The notes under the pieces: model-generated | What the model saw: the letters and a program-made list of their open reading frames with translations, nothing else | Told to the model about the DNA's origin: nothing | Databases searched by the model: none | Assembly (NCBI GenBank): GCA_028534125.1 | Contig: CM052818.1 | Span: 40,984,001-41,048,000 of the forward strand | DNA length: 64,000 nucleotides | Source: Lama glama | Lineage: Eukaryota | Direction of reading: 5' to 3' | Shown here: piece by piece, positions 52,135 to 64,000 of the stretch | Position numbering within the stretch: position 1 is the first letter of the stretch | Layout: each line of letters begins with the position of its first letter | Position numbers and translations under genes: made by a program

Positions 52135-54164
52135 GAGGATAACTGTGTTTAAATCCAGCATTTGGCTATTAAGTTTACAGTTAAGAATATGCTGGCATTG
52201 AGGTAATAGAAAGATAAAATTTTCTTTGCTACGAATAGATATCTCCTTTTTTTTTTTTCTTGTGAAAATCACTGGACTTTGAATTAAGAGATACTGGTTC
52301 AAGAATCAACTTTCCTACTTATTAGATGTGCTTTTGGAAAAATCACTTAAGTTCTCTTCATGACTTGATTTCCTCATTTATAATTTGAGAAAGATTAAAT
52401 TTCTACCTAAAAGCAGGGCTCTGTAGTTCAAAATGCAAGATATTGGGCATCCACAAATTCTAGATACTAAGTTAATAGTGCTAATTTGCATCTCAGATAA
52501 TATTGAAGTCAGTTTCTTCCAATGGAAAACCAAATTAAATTCATGGTTTTGGATCTGAGTTCATTTAAAATAATTTCCTTAGAGACCTTTCATATTGTTG
52601 CTCATAAAAATCAAATTAGGGACGCTGATCACAATATCACTGCTAGATGTAATATAAGATTGGTTTAAGATTTCTCAGGCTAGTTTATAGATGTTCTAAT
52701 AACATTGAGTATTAACACTGTAGTGTTAAACAATATTTTGAAATTAGACTTATATAACACTTTGCCAATACAATGGTTTTTTTTAAACAGACTTTATTTT
52801 TTAGAGCAATTTTAAGTTCACATCACGTATAATGTTTTTAGAAACATTCACTGATCATAGTTCTTATTGGTTCTGATTGTGAAGCTTGTAACAGTATTAG
52901 AAGTTTCAAACGTGTTGTTTTTGGATTAGATAAGAAGTAAGATTAAATAACAGATTAATTGTATTGCTTCTTTAATATACCGTAGACCTTTGACATTCCA
53001 GGGATATGTCCTAAGACCTTCCAGACTCCCCAGTATATAAATATTGATCTCCAGGATAAAATTGCTTTGTTGTTAAACTAGGCCATTATTGCCTGCTTAT
53101 AGAGCATTAAGGGAGACACTGAAGAAGAAAAACAAAGCTGCATTGAGGTGTAGACACTAGGTCATCATTTGACTAGATTTACTGACTAATTTAGTTATCA
53201 ATTAAAAACACTAGCTTCATAGTGGTGTAAGATTCATGTTTGTGCTTTGGCAAATGACACATTACTGTCATTATAATCTTCAGGGTCATTCACAAATAGA
53301 TGCAGCTCAAAGATTAAATCTATAAAGGCCATATTCTTTAAAAATCCTGCTACCTGGAAGCATTAAAATGTTCATACATCATTTTACTACTTGAAAAATA
53401 AGTGATTGAAACTTGAGATCATGGCCCTTTTGAAAGCAATTTGAATCCAAAGGATCAAGGACAGTTTTGAAAAAAACTGAGTTACTCTTTGGTCTTTATG
53501 GAGTCACATGCATTTTTAAAAACAGATCTTTCTAAATACTTCTAAATAGATTTGAAGCTCTTTCTCCTTAGGAACGAATAAATCTATTAATCTAAAAGAA
53601 TGGACCGCTAATGGTATTATTTATTCTCATACCCTTTCTCCTAAAACCTTTGTGAACAATTTGCCACATAAGTCAGGAGGAAAGAATACAGTAACCCAAC
53701 TCTATTTATGTCTTTAGAAACTGCCAGTGCTCATCTAAGGAGCCTGTATCTCTCCAGCAGCTGTTAAAATAACTTGTAGGATCATCCTAAAACTAATTAA
53801 GAAAGCCTTATTTAGGAACATTAAGGCAGTTAAGACGGAAGTCCCTTCTGCTGTTAGGTGAGTATGCTTTCTATTTACTTCTCTGAATATTTTTTTCCTA
53901 CTCCTACTCCTCCAGTAGGAAGGATCACATTGTTTCTTGGTGGTGCATTTTATTCAAAAATAGTATAAATGAGTGGAAAGATGACAAATATGAATCTCCT
54001 CAGATTTAAGACAAAATCTTTCTCCATCAGAGAAAGGAAAATTGTATTCTTTGGTGGTTACGGGGATGCTCTGATTCTGTGGGGTGAACTGGAGCTGGGG
54101 TAAGTACCAGCTCCACTGGTAGTAATTTCTGACCAGATCCTAGGTCTAAAATTAGCATAGAATA

Positions 54165-54511
54165 TAGTCATCCTTTGATATCCACAGGGGACTGGTTCCA
54201 GGACCCTTGTGGGTATTGAAATCCTTGGATGCTCAAGTCCCTAATATAAAATGGCATGATATTTGCATATAACTGATACACATCCTCCCATATAGTCTAA
54301 ATCATCTCTAGATTACTTTTAATACTGAATACAATGTAAATGCCGTGTAAGTAGTTGTAAATATAATCTAAATGTTATAGAAATAGCTACCTGCATGTGA
54401 CAAATTAAAGTTTTGCTTTTTGGAACTTTCTGTAAATTTCCCCCCAATATTTTTGATCTTTGATTGATTGAAGCCATAAATGTAGAACCCGCAGACATTA
54501 AGGGCCAAATG
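54165..54511. mobile_element. MER2/MER2B-like TcMar-Tigger DNA transposon
   Basis: GGTTCCAGGACCC...GGATGCTCAAGTCCCT...AAATCATCTCTAGATTAC, degenerate TIRs, TA on both flanks (54163-54164, 54512-54513). Confidence 0.85.
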
Positions 54512-55717
54512 TAGAAGTTTTTAAATGAGTCTGAGCAGGACAAAATCTTTTTCAAACAAAGATCTCCTGACTCACCAATTTGCACCACCAAATGAGGTAT
54601 TTTAAAATGGATTGGCAGATTTCCACCAACGAGTCAGATGACAAGGCATTACTGAATTTGGATAGCTGTAACATTTTCTACTTATTCTTCAAGGTCTTGT
54701 TCAAATACCATAAAGACTTCCTTGATTATCTATTCCAGAATGATAGTTCCTTTTTTTTTCAATTTCCATTAGACTTAAGATGAATGGAATAATCAATGAA
54801 ATATCACTGAGACACATAATTTTCCTTTTAGATTTTAATATTCAACTACATTGTCAAGTTACTTAGTGCAGAAGCTGTGTCTTGTACTTCTGCTTTGTAT
54901 AGTTCCAAGTGCCAAGTTCCTGACTCATACTAGAGCGTGGCAATTATTTGGTGGATTAATTTTCTCTTTCTCTTTAGTGTTCATTCTCAATGGACTATTT
55001 TTCTATTATTTTACTATATAAAAGAGTTAGAATTTGTTTAGAAATTCTGTTAATTGGAAAGATTATTTTTATAACTCAATAATGATCCTGTTTTATAATT
55101 GGTGTAGTTGTTGTGATATATAGTCTCCTGTTTACAGAACCCCAAACAATGAAAAACAGTTGTTCTTACACTGATTTTAAAGAGAAAATTTGACATCTCC
55201 CAGCAGGTGATTATATTTCTTATTATTTGGTGTAGGTTTGTATCAGATGTAGTGGAATACATTAAAAAAGAATTTAAACAAGAAGTGACTTAGTGTTTGA
55301 ATTAATTCCATGAACAGCATGTAATTAGATTTATGAAAGAAAGAGGACATTAGCTTTGACAAAAGGGAATTTATAGCTTTATTTGACTGGGCAGTAGTTT
55401 TACAGTTGGCATTAGATACTGGAACCTAACCATCTTGGGCAACCAGTGTAATCATTGCAATCAAGCAAGCTAAGAAAATGTTTGTATTCTTCCTTATGTA
55501 GTTGTCTTCTCCTCCTCCTTCTTCAGTACTGACAAATGAAGGTTGTGCTAGACTTTATTTTTTTCTGTAGCTGTTCATTTGGTAGCTTCCTTAGACATGA
55601 TCACAGCTTTCCAAGGCCTTTATGAAAGTTTGGATGGTTTGCCTTTTTATACTTTCTAAGGGAAATGTCATATATTATAGTATTTTGAAAGCGATTGTCT
55701 ACATGTAGGTAACACTG

Positions 55718-56065
55718 TGTTGACCTGAAACAAATAGATTGCCAGTTATTTCTCCAGCAAAGATGGGTTTATTTAGGATCAGCAGAGAATTATAATTGGA
55801 ATCTGAAACCAGGACAAGCCATATGCAAGTGCCTCCATGGGCAAGGGAGGGAGAACTCTTTTATGGAGGGGAAAAGTTAAGAGGGCTGTAAGAAACAGAG
55901 TCCATGACTTTTCATTGGCTGAGTTGTTCCCAGGAAAGAAGAGGAGTCTTTCTTCTTCCTGTTGGGCACTGCATATGTCTTATTGTATGAGAGTTCTGGT
56001 CTCCTGGTCTGGTCTCCTGACTCAAATTTAGGTTTCTGTTTTAATAAACACTTTTTTTTTTCACA
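55718..56065 (-). mobile_element. 3' LTR of an ERV1-class provirus
   Basis: Minus strand TGTGAAA...GGTCAACA, directly preceded by a polypurine tract (plus strand TTTTCCCCTTTTG at 56066-56078). Confidence 0.8.
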
Positions 56066-57150
56066 TTTTCCCCTTTTGATCAGGATCTCTCTCTAAAATC
56101 ATCACTGATCAAGAGGCAGGTTTTACAGTTTCAGTGGCCTTTTCCCCCTCAATTCCAGGAAAGGCCTTTTCTGAGTGTACTGTCTCATGTCAGAGGGAAA
56201 ATGTACAGATGGGAAACATATTGAAGTCACATTTGAGTAACAGGGAGGTGTAGGAGGGAGAACCTCTCAAGCACTTATTTTAATCTAAAGTCCATATGTT
56301 ATCAAGATCAGAGGCACTGGATATCATCTGAAATGTTATGTTGTCATCAAAGGTTTGGTGACAAACAGGCGTGGTTCCGATATCTTGGGAAAATTGTCTC
56401 ATCGGATGTTGTCTGCTTTAATTCTGGAAAATCTCTACTTTCAGTCACCAGATGATATGCAGATCCAGCAATGTTTCAGCACTTTCTTTAGATGTGTCAT
56501 GTGAATCCAAGAATCTATTCCTTGGAGTTTGGCAGCACAAGGGATGGTTAGTGGTACCTGATATGATCCTTCCTAGCAAGGTTGAATAGAATTCTTCTGG
56601 AGGTGTCTTCTCCAATAAATGAAATTCCCAGTAGGTTACAATATCAGTTGTGGGTCAAAAGAAACAGGAACCAAGTGCATAGGGCATCCTTTGACCATCT
56701 CAAAGAGTGAGAGCTTATGAGTTTCAAAAGAGGTGGATGAGAGATTTAGAAGAACCAATGGCAATGCTTTTGGTCAAGGAATTAGGAGAACCTCTACAAA
56801 TTTTGCCAGTGCATTCAACTAAGAGGATTTAAGGTGTTAAGTGTAGAAAAATATTGTAAAACTGGCCAAATAGTGCAGATTTGTCGAAGTATGTGACCAG
56901 GAAAATTGGTTCCTCAATCATTATAAAGTTCAAGAGGAGTTGCCCAAGTAGGAATAATCTTTTCCAAAAGAATTTTAGCCATAGAAGGGGCAGTAGCCTG
57001 TCTTCAAGGGAAGATTTCAGTTCAAGGTGAAAACATGCAGATCATGATTAAAATATATTTATATATATGTGATGGAGAAAGTTATCTGAAATTTATTTGC
57101 CAGACCTCTAATGGTCTGTTACATAGTTTAAAATGTCCAGAAAGTTCTCT
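56066..57150 (-). pseudogene. Degraded ERV pol (integrase core and GPY/F region), no env
   Basis: Minus-strand translation gives EIFP*RQATAPSMAKILLEKIIPTWATPLELYND*GTNFPGHILRQ (about 57018-56881) and QPC*EGSYQVPLTIPCAAKLQGIDSWIHMT (about 56585-56495). These are gammaretroviral-like integrase motifs with in-frame stops. Confidence 0.85.
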
Positions 57151-57210
57151 GGAATTACAGCCAGGACACCAGATCACTAACTTATATGATCAGGTTTGGG
57201 CAATTGCTAG

Positions 57211-57674
57211 TGATGACAAATTGAAATTATAATGAAGTAATCCTACTTCAGGCATACACAAATGGAGTCAGGTGGTCACTGAGCACCTGGTTTCAGACAT
57301 GTCCCTGCACCACTAAGAACTTGAACTTTCTGTGAACTATCCTAACCCAAGGTTTTTTAAAACATCTGCTAGCTGCAACCTTGTATCTCAAGGTTGTTCC
57401 CTCTTCGAGCTCTGCAACCATTTTGGACTCCAACTAATCCTTGCTTAGCAAGCACCCTTTCTTCTTGCCAGCTCCAATTATAATTCTTGGTGAATAATTT
57501 GTATAACTAACTCTACCCTTGTGGTTTTTGCTTTATAAGCCTCCCGCATTTTGTAGTTTGTCAAAATACAATTCAAGTGCTTCTTGAATCTGTTTCCCAG
57601 GCTGCAGTCCTAACAAACCCCACAGAAGCACCTTCATTTCAATCAGGTCTCTGTTTCTCAAATTTTGGTTAGTG
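57211..57674 (+). mobile_element. Probable solo ERV LTR
   Basis: TG start (TGATGACAAA), TATA-like TTTATAAG near 57532, U5-like end TTTTGGTTAGTG. Imperfect 4-bp flanks CTAG/TTAG. Confidence 0.55.
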
Positions 57675-57854
57675 TTAGGTGACTTTATGGGGCAATTCCC
57701 AGGGCTTTCTTAATACCTGTTAATTGGAACAAAATTCAGGCTTATACACAAAATATCTGATGAACCTTTTCATGACTGTTACAGTCAAGTTCAGATTTTT
57801 TAAAAGAAAGTTCTGGTCTTCCTTCAGATACTGATTCCACTTGGCTAGCTTTTA

Positions 57855-58572
57855 TTTTTTTAATTAATTAATTCCTTTTATTGAAGTATAGCCAGTTTAC
57901 AGTGTTGTATCAATTTCTGGTGTACAGAATGCTTCAGTCATACATATACATACATAGATCAATTTTCATTATAGGTTACTACAAGAATATAGTTCCTTGT
58001 GCTATACAGACGAAACTTGTTTATTTTATATATAGTAGTTAGTATCTGCAAATCTCAAACTCCCAATTTATCCCTTCCCACCCTCTTTCCCCTATGATAG
58101 CCATAAGTTTGTTTTCTATGTCTGTGAGTCTTTCTGTTTTTTAAATATGTTCATTTGTGTCTTTTTTTTTTTTAAGATTCCACCTATGAGTGATATCATA
58201 TGGTGTTTTTCTTTCTCTTTCTGGCTTACTTAACTTAGAACGATGATCTCCAGTTCCATCCATGCTGCTGCAGATGGCATTATATTTTTATGGCTGAGTA
58301 GTATTCCATTGTGCAAGTATACCAAAACTTCTTTATCCAGTCATCTGTTGATGGACATTTAGGTTGCTTCCATGACTTGGCTATTGTAAATAGTGCTGTT
58401 ATGAACATTAGGGTGCATGCATCTTTTCAAATTAGAATTCCCTCTGGATATATGCCCAGGAGTGGGATTGCTGGATCATATGGTAAGTCTATTTTTAGTC
58501 TTTTGAGGACTCTCCATACTGTTTTCCATAATGGCTGCACTGAAGTACATTCCCACCAACAGTGTAGGAGGA
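57855..58572 (-). mobile_element. Young 5'-truncated L1 3' end
   Basis: Same family as 11130-11760, extending further into the ORF2 3' end (GGATATATGCCCAGGAGTGGGATTGCTGGATCATATGG). Confidence 0.9.
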
Positions 58573-58689
58573 TTATCTTTTTTCATTTAGGTAACTTTTA
58601 ATTCTATGTTTATTAGTGGACTGAGTCAGGACATTTCCCTTCTAGTAAAAAGGACCAGGATGGAGTAGGAAACATGTCCACTCCAGATT

Positions 58690-59865
58690 GAGTCAATCTA
58701 GCAAACCAGCTCTATCACAGTCTAGATGAGTCACCAAAAGGAAAGCTGCCAAAAATTTTAATCTTCAACTCCATCAATTAAAGACCTCTAGATGAAACCA
58801 AAACCTTCCTAGTTTCTGCTCTTTCCTGCCAATGAGCTCCATTTCTTTTTCCAACTAGAAATCTAGTGCAATAAAAGTTTAGCAGTTTCTTCAATGAAAT
58901 ATACCTAAATCCAAACTCTTCACCTTTATCCTTGTGATATACTCTTGAGCAAGTACAACCTCTCCATTCTTCTATTCTGTTAATGGTGTCTCTATTTTCC
59001 TAATCTACTAGGCTTAAAACCTTGGAATCATTGCTGATTCCTTACCTCCACAATAACAATTGCCTAACCTAACACAACAGTAATTAAAGTCTAATAAAAT
59101 TTTTTTTAAATATTCCAATTTTTTTCCCTTCTCACTCCTATGGTTGATGCTCAATACAGATCTTTAACATTTCTGGATGTATGGCAATAGCCTCTTAACT
59201 AATTTCTGCTTGGGATGGCATTCTCTCCCACTTGTTTCCAATTCATCCTAAATACAGCCACGAGGTGAAGTTTTCTAAAATACTGTTTTAAATACCTCAT
59301 TCTCCTAAAGCATAAAGTTTGAATTTTTTTTTTTAAGGCTGGAATTCAAGGTTTTGAACATTCTGACCTCAAGTCTCTTTCTTGCCTATCTTCTTTTACT
59401 CTCTTATAAAAACATTCTCTCAAACACACTTGTTTTTTTTCTCCTTTTTTATCTTTAAAATTTTTAAATTGAAGTATAATCAGTTTACAGTGTTGTCAAG
59501 CACACTTGTGTACTCACTATTGCCCCAATATATCTCACTCTTTGGTTTATACCTTTGTTATTCTCTTGTTTTTATCAGGAATACATTTTACTATTCTGCT
59601 CATATCCAAATCATAAATATTTTCTATGATGCCTTTACACCTATTCCAATCCTTAATAACTCAATTCTTTAGAACCACAAGTTTATATTATTTATACAAT
59701 CTATTTAAAATTATATTCAAGGTTTTTAAAATTGTTATGTTGTTATTAAAATTTTTTTATTGTTAATGGCTTGTCTCTGTGTTATAACTTCTTTGTATGA
59801 CACCTGGCACAGTATTCAATATATAATAGATGCTTAGTACTTAATGAGTGTTTTATTGAATAAAA
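58690..59865 (+). mobile_element. L2 LINE fragments (interrupted)
   Basis: L2 motifs (AAACCTTGGAATCATT, CAATAGCCTCTTAACT) ending ACCTGGCACAG...TTTATTGAATAA. Approximate. Confidence 0.5.
59434..59500 (-). mobile_element. Ultra-short L1 3' tip insertion
   Basis: T-rich tail plus ATTGAAGTATAATCAGTTTACAGTGTTG, the same terminus as the other young L1s. TSD CACACTTGT at 59425-59433 and 59501-59509. Confidence 0.75.
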
Positions 59866-60354
59866 ACTGGTTCCCAGAGTAAATGCCTTCGAGTTCCTAG
59901 TAATTAAGGCTCTTGTTTGGCTATATTTAGGAAAGCCACTAAAAAAAGTGATAACAACTGATGCAGAAAAAAATTAGTATATACAGTCACAGAAATGCTA
60001 ATCATTCTTAAATGAGGATTAATAAATAAATATGTATAACAGACACTTTAAAAAGTAGACTTAATAGTGTATTTGAAAAGCAGAGTGATAGCTCTATACA
60101 GCAGTGAAAATATTTAAGATATTTGGAAATACTCAATGGTATATATTTTAGTTGCTTTTCCTTTCATGTTAAATTGAGAGAGAAAAATGATAATCATTTC
60201 CCATGGGGCTCTCTATAAAACAAAAGGGAAAAATGAGCAATTTGACAAATCAATGGAAAGCCTAGAAGAAGTTTAGAACTCTTCAATGATTTTTTTAAAG
60301 GACAACTAAGGATTCTTATTCTAGAATGGTTAAAGTATTGAATGGTTTACTATT

Positions 60355-60605
60355 AATAACTATTAGTACTTACATAGAGCTTGTCATGTGTAAGGTACTG
60401 TTCTACAAGTTTGACATATAGAATGTCAGATTATATACATAGAGAATCATAAAATCCTATAAGCACCACATGAGGCAAGTACTATTATTAGCATGCTCAT
60501 TTTAAAGTTTGAAGAAATTGAGGCATAGAGAATTCAGGAGTTTACCTAAAAGCACACAGATATTAAGTTATGGAACCAGGATTCAAACCCAGACAGTTTA
60601 GTTCC
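60355..60605 (-). mobile_element. MIR SINE
   Basis: GAAGAAATTGAGGCATAGAG...CCAGGATTCAAACCCAGACAG core. Confidence 0.7.
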
Positions 60606-63600
60606 AGAATAAACACTTTTTTTGTTTCTTTTTTAAAAAAATAGAAATCAGACATACATACAGAAAAGAGATACCATTCATAAAATGTACAGCACAATGA
60701 GTTATCACAAAATAAACACACCACCCAGTAAAGAAGTAGAGGACTGAAGCACGAGAAGGACTTCTGGAGGACAGAGTCCACAATCTTAGGTTCTTAACTA
60801 CTCTATATTTCATCTCAATAGATTTCTGGACATTACTCTTCATCTTAAAGTTCTTACTATGATTTCAGTTTAAGTTGATTTAAATTTATAGTGATCATTC
60901 CTAAAAGGCAATAGAAAAAAGAAGTAACGGAAAAGCATAAATTTTGAGGCTGTTTTCATACCAGAGTGCAAATACTTTTTTTTTTTAATTAAGAAAGACA
61001 AAAATTATTTTGAAATTCTACTGAATCTCTGGCAAATTCAGTTAAGGCACAGTTCCAAGCAATGTAATTAATGAAGTTTTGAGTATATTGCAAACCCTAA
61101 TGCTCTTGTATATTGTACAAAAGGTTTGTACTGAAGAACAAGGGCTGCAGAAAGGGATAATGGTGAATGAGGCCACAATTCAGTTTCTAGTCTTTGATTT
61201 GTCAGCCCCCAGTACCGAAATATCCTGCAAACACTTGAGCTATTCTTTTTGGAGTTTAAACTGACATTTTGTTTCTATTTTGAAGTTCTTGACATATATC
61301 AGTACTCAAGGATGGGTACTCAATTATAGTTTGAGACAATTTAGTTCATAAATCAACCCAATGTATGAGGTCTTTTCTCCAATGGTATGTAGAAGTTTAA
61401 ATACTGTCTTTAAAAGAAAATTTTTTTTTTTTTACTGGAGAGGAACTGGAGCATAAACGTGAAAAAGACGGTGCTGCTGTTACATTACTATGCAAGCAGA
61501 AGGCTATTGAACAGGGAGACATACATATTTAAGTATTCATGACTACAAGCCTATATTTTCAGGAGAGAATGGCACCCAATTCAGTGTTGAGCACATATTC
61601 TGTACTAAATATTGTTTGAATTGGAATAAGTTTGCATGTGTGTGTGTTTGTTTTGTTTGCTTACTTCCATCAGAGATTTTATAAGGGAAGAAAAAGAAGA
61701 AAATCTCTCTGCCTTTTTCTGCTTTATTATTAAAGTATTAACTATTGCAAAACTTGAATGGTCATAGAGCATATCAAACTAAAATTATATTTGTAATCCT
61801 TTGATTCATTGTATTGTTTTTATATTGGAGAACACACATACTTATTTTTCCTTTATATTCTAATTAGCAGAGCGTGGACGTGTGCAGCCACGGTGCTTCT
61901 GCTTCTGCTTCTCTTCACCTTTTAGTTTTTCACATATGAGAAAAAAGATCTTCATCCCAACCATAATTACTGTTTCTACCCTATTTAGCTACGTATTACA
62001 TTCCAAGCCCAGCCTCTGCCTTCTGTCAATATTTTCTCAAAGAAGGCATTGTAACTCTAACCAGTAGCCCGTATTCTGTATCTATGTTTTTCTGAGTTAT
62101 TGTTCAGGGTCCGGACTAGATAACTTTTAAAGAAGTCACCCCTGGAGTCCCTCTGGGTGGCCTCCAGAGATCATGGCTTTAGCTTTAGGTAGCTGATATG
62201 TAGCTGTATTAAGTGGGTGATTAGCATGACTGGCCTCAGGCAAAGTTGTAAAACAAGTGAAATTTTGCAACTTTTCTTTCTATTCATGATTAAGTACTAT
62301 ATTAAACAATAGATATTATGTATATAATGAATATGTGTCAGATCACACTAGAAAACTAAATGTCTATGCTCGTCCTACTATTTTTCTCATAGGGCATAGT
62401 TATCTGCAAGAAACTTAAAAATTAGGGAAAAGATTGCTCTTTAATGGAATTGTGTGATAGCACACAGCAATGGACAAATTACTGCCTCTTTCCCTGTCCC
62501 AAAGTTACATTCCCTCCCACTTACTGTGATTCTTGGCTCCTTAAAAGGAGAGCAAGTCTCCTTCAGAAACCTTCTCAAGGGAGTCATGGCCTTGGTCACA
62601 TTTTTCTATCATAAACTGTCTTCTTATAAGATCCACTAGTAGAGAACATGCTAAATTCAATTATGAAGAATGTACCCAACTCATTCATGACCATTAGAGA
62701 AATTCTCGGACATATGTTACATTCACCATAGGTAAGTTACTCTAGTGTAGTCTCTATTTAGATTTAGTTTTTAAAAATATCACTTAGTTTCTTCCAGAAC
62801 CTAGTTCTTTCTCATCCTGACTAGATAACTCTCCCTGTAGCCAGATCCACCAGGTCAGTGGTCTACCTGATTAGTTCATCTTTATCTCCACCCCTCAGTC
62901 CTACGTGAGAGCTATTTTTACACTTCTCTTATCTCTGAGAAAGCAGAGCTCTCTTTTTCTGGACCTCAGGTCATTTTTTTTTGTTTTGTTTTCTAGTTGA
63001 AACTACTCCCCTGAGGCTGCCTAGAACCTGTTTTTCAAGACCCAGTTCAAACCTCTCCTCTGTGAAGCCTTCTTGCCAACCCTGTCTAGAACTTATTTTG
63101 TTCTCCTCTGAATTCCTTATAGTATCTATTTCTTAATAGTACTTATTTTATTTATGACTTACTTGGTATATGTTCAACCTAACAATTAGAAAAAAGTACT
63201 GTCTATTGTACTATAGGCCCATGCTATACATTGGAATATAAAGGTCAACAAGGTAACTGCTTCAAGAATCAAGGAACTAATAATTTAGTCGAGAAGATAG
63301 TATATACATATAACTATTATATAATTTTGTAAGTATTACAAAAGTATGTCTGAAATGATGGGAACATCGGTAAAAAATTGATTAGTATGGAGAGGAAAGG
63401 GAGTCTTATAAAAACTTACAGGCTCATAGGAATGGAATGAGTGAATGTATCCTTCAAGAATCAGTTTTTGGACACCATTTCTTCTGAGCATCTACCCTAA
63501 GCTTCCAGACAAGGTTTGGTTCCCCCTCTTCAGAACTTAGATATTCCTCTACTGTAGCATTCATCCTGTTATATTATAATAAACTCTATATATCTGTCTC

Positions 63601-63785
63601 CGCTACTATATTGCAAATTCCTTGAAAAAAACAGAAGACTTAATTTTGATACCTAATACCTACCACAGTGCCTAATGCCTAACACAGTGCATAATAGATA
63701 CTCATATGTCTTATGAACTGAACAATAACAATAAGAAAACATGAGTGTTTGGGGACCTGTAAGCAGTTGTGAAGGAAAAGCCCAG

Positions 63786-63936
63786 CTGGGCTAACGAGCT
63801 AAGTCACAAATCTAAGTGTGATAAGTGTCGGTTTACTGATATAAGTTCTGCCAGGCTAACTCGTAAATCTGAAGTTTAGTGTCAGTTTACTGGGCTAACA
63901 GGCTAACTCGTAAATCCAAGCTCAACAAGTGTCAGT
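63786..63936. repeat. Imperfect direct repeats of about 40-55 bp, possibly U3 of an LTR starting near 63768
   Basis: Three copies of GCTAA(C/G)TC(GT/AC)AAATC...AGTGTC(A/G)GT. Confidence 0.7.
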
Positions 63937-64000
63937 AACGTGATCTGTTCCAAATTGATAAACTTCAGTGTACTGATTCCTTGCTTTTTGTTGTTTGAGC

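Noticed and set aside
58311..58601. 96-aa ORF (similarly 50912-51229, 51839-52126, 20520-20858, 14032-14457)
   Set aside because: Translations of L1, MLT1 or L2 remnants, not host genes.
63786..63936. CRISPR-like repeat-spacer appearance
   Set aside because: Mammalian DNA, degenerate repeats with irregular spacing, and no cas genes.
48700..64000. Search for a neighbouring protein-coding gene upstream of VSNL1
   Set aside because: No long ORF or recognisable exon; sequence is repeat-rich intergenic DNA.

Overview
Mammalian genomic DNA, AT-rich and dense in repeats. Two tRNA-derived SINEs resembling the camelid Vic-1 family suggest camel, alpaca or llama. The only gene I can support is VSNL1 (visinin-like 1, VILIP-1, a neuronal calcium sensor) on the minus strand. 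It has a non-coding first exon (about 45640 to 45359) in a CpG-rich promoter, a 40.9 kb intron 1 (45358-4417), and a first coding exon (4416-4250; CDS 4411-4250, 54 codons, MGKQNSK...LYVK). Intron 2 runs off the left edge. A second CpG island at about 46950-47430 may be an alternative promoter. The rest is intronic or intergenic, filled with MIR, L2, old and young L1, MaLR and ERV1 LTRs, an ERV integrase remnant and DNA transposons. I see no new multi-gene system, and nearly all other listed ORFs look like noise. The best leads are small regulatory features: (1) a single 28-codon uORF in exon 1; (2) a CAG-GCAG tandem acceptor that would change the Kozak context and, combined with a candidate upstream exon, the N-terminus and myristoylation of VSNL1; (3) a tailless retrocopy of a 5' half tRNA-Cys cut exactly at the anticodon and flanked by a target-site duplication (TSD). 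Repeat family names and some boundaries come from visual recognition and are approximate.
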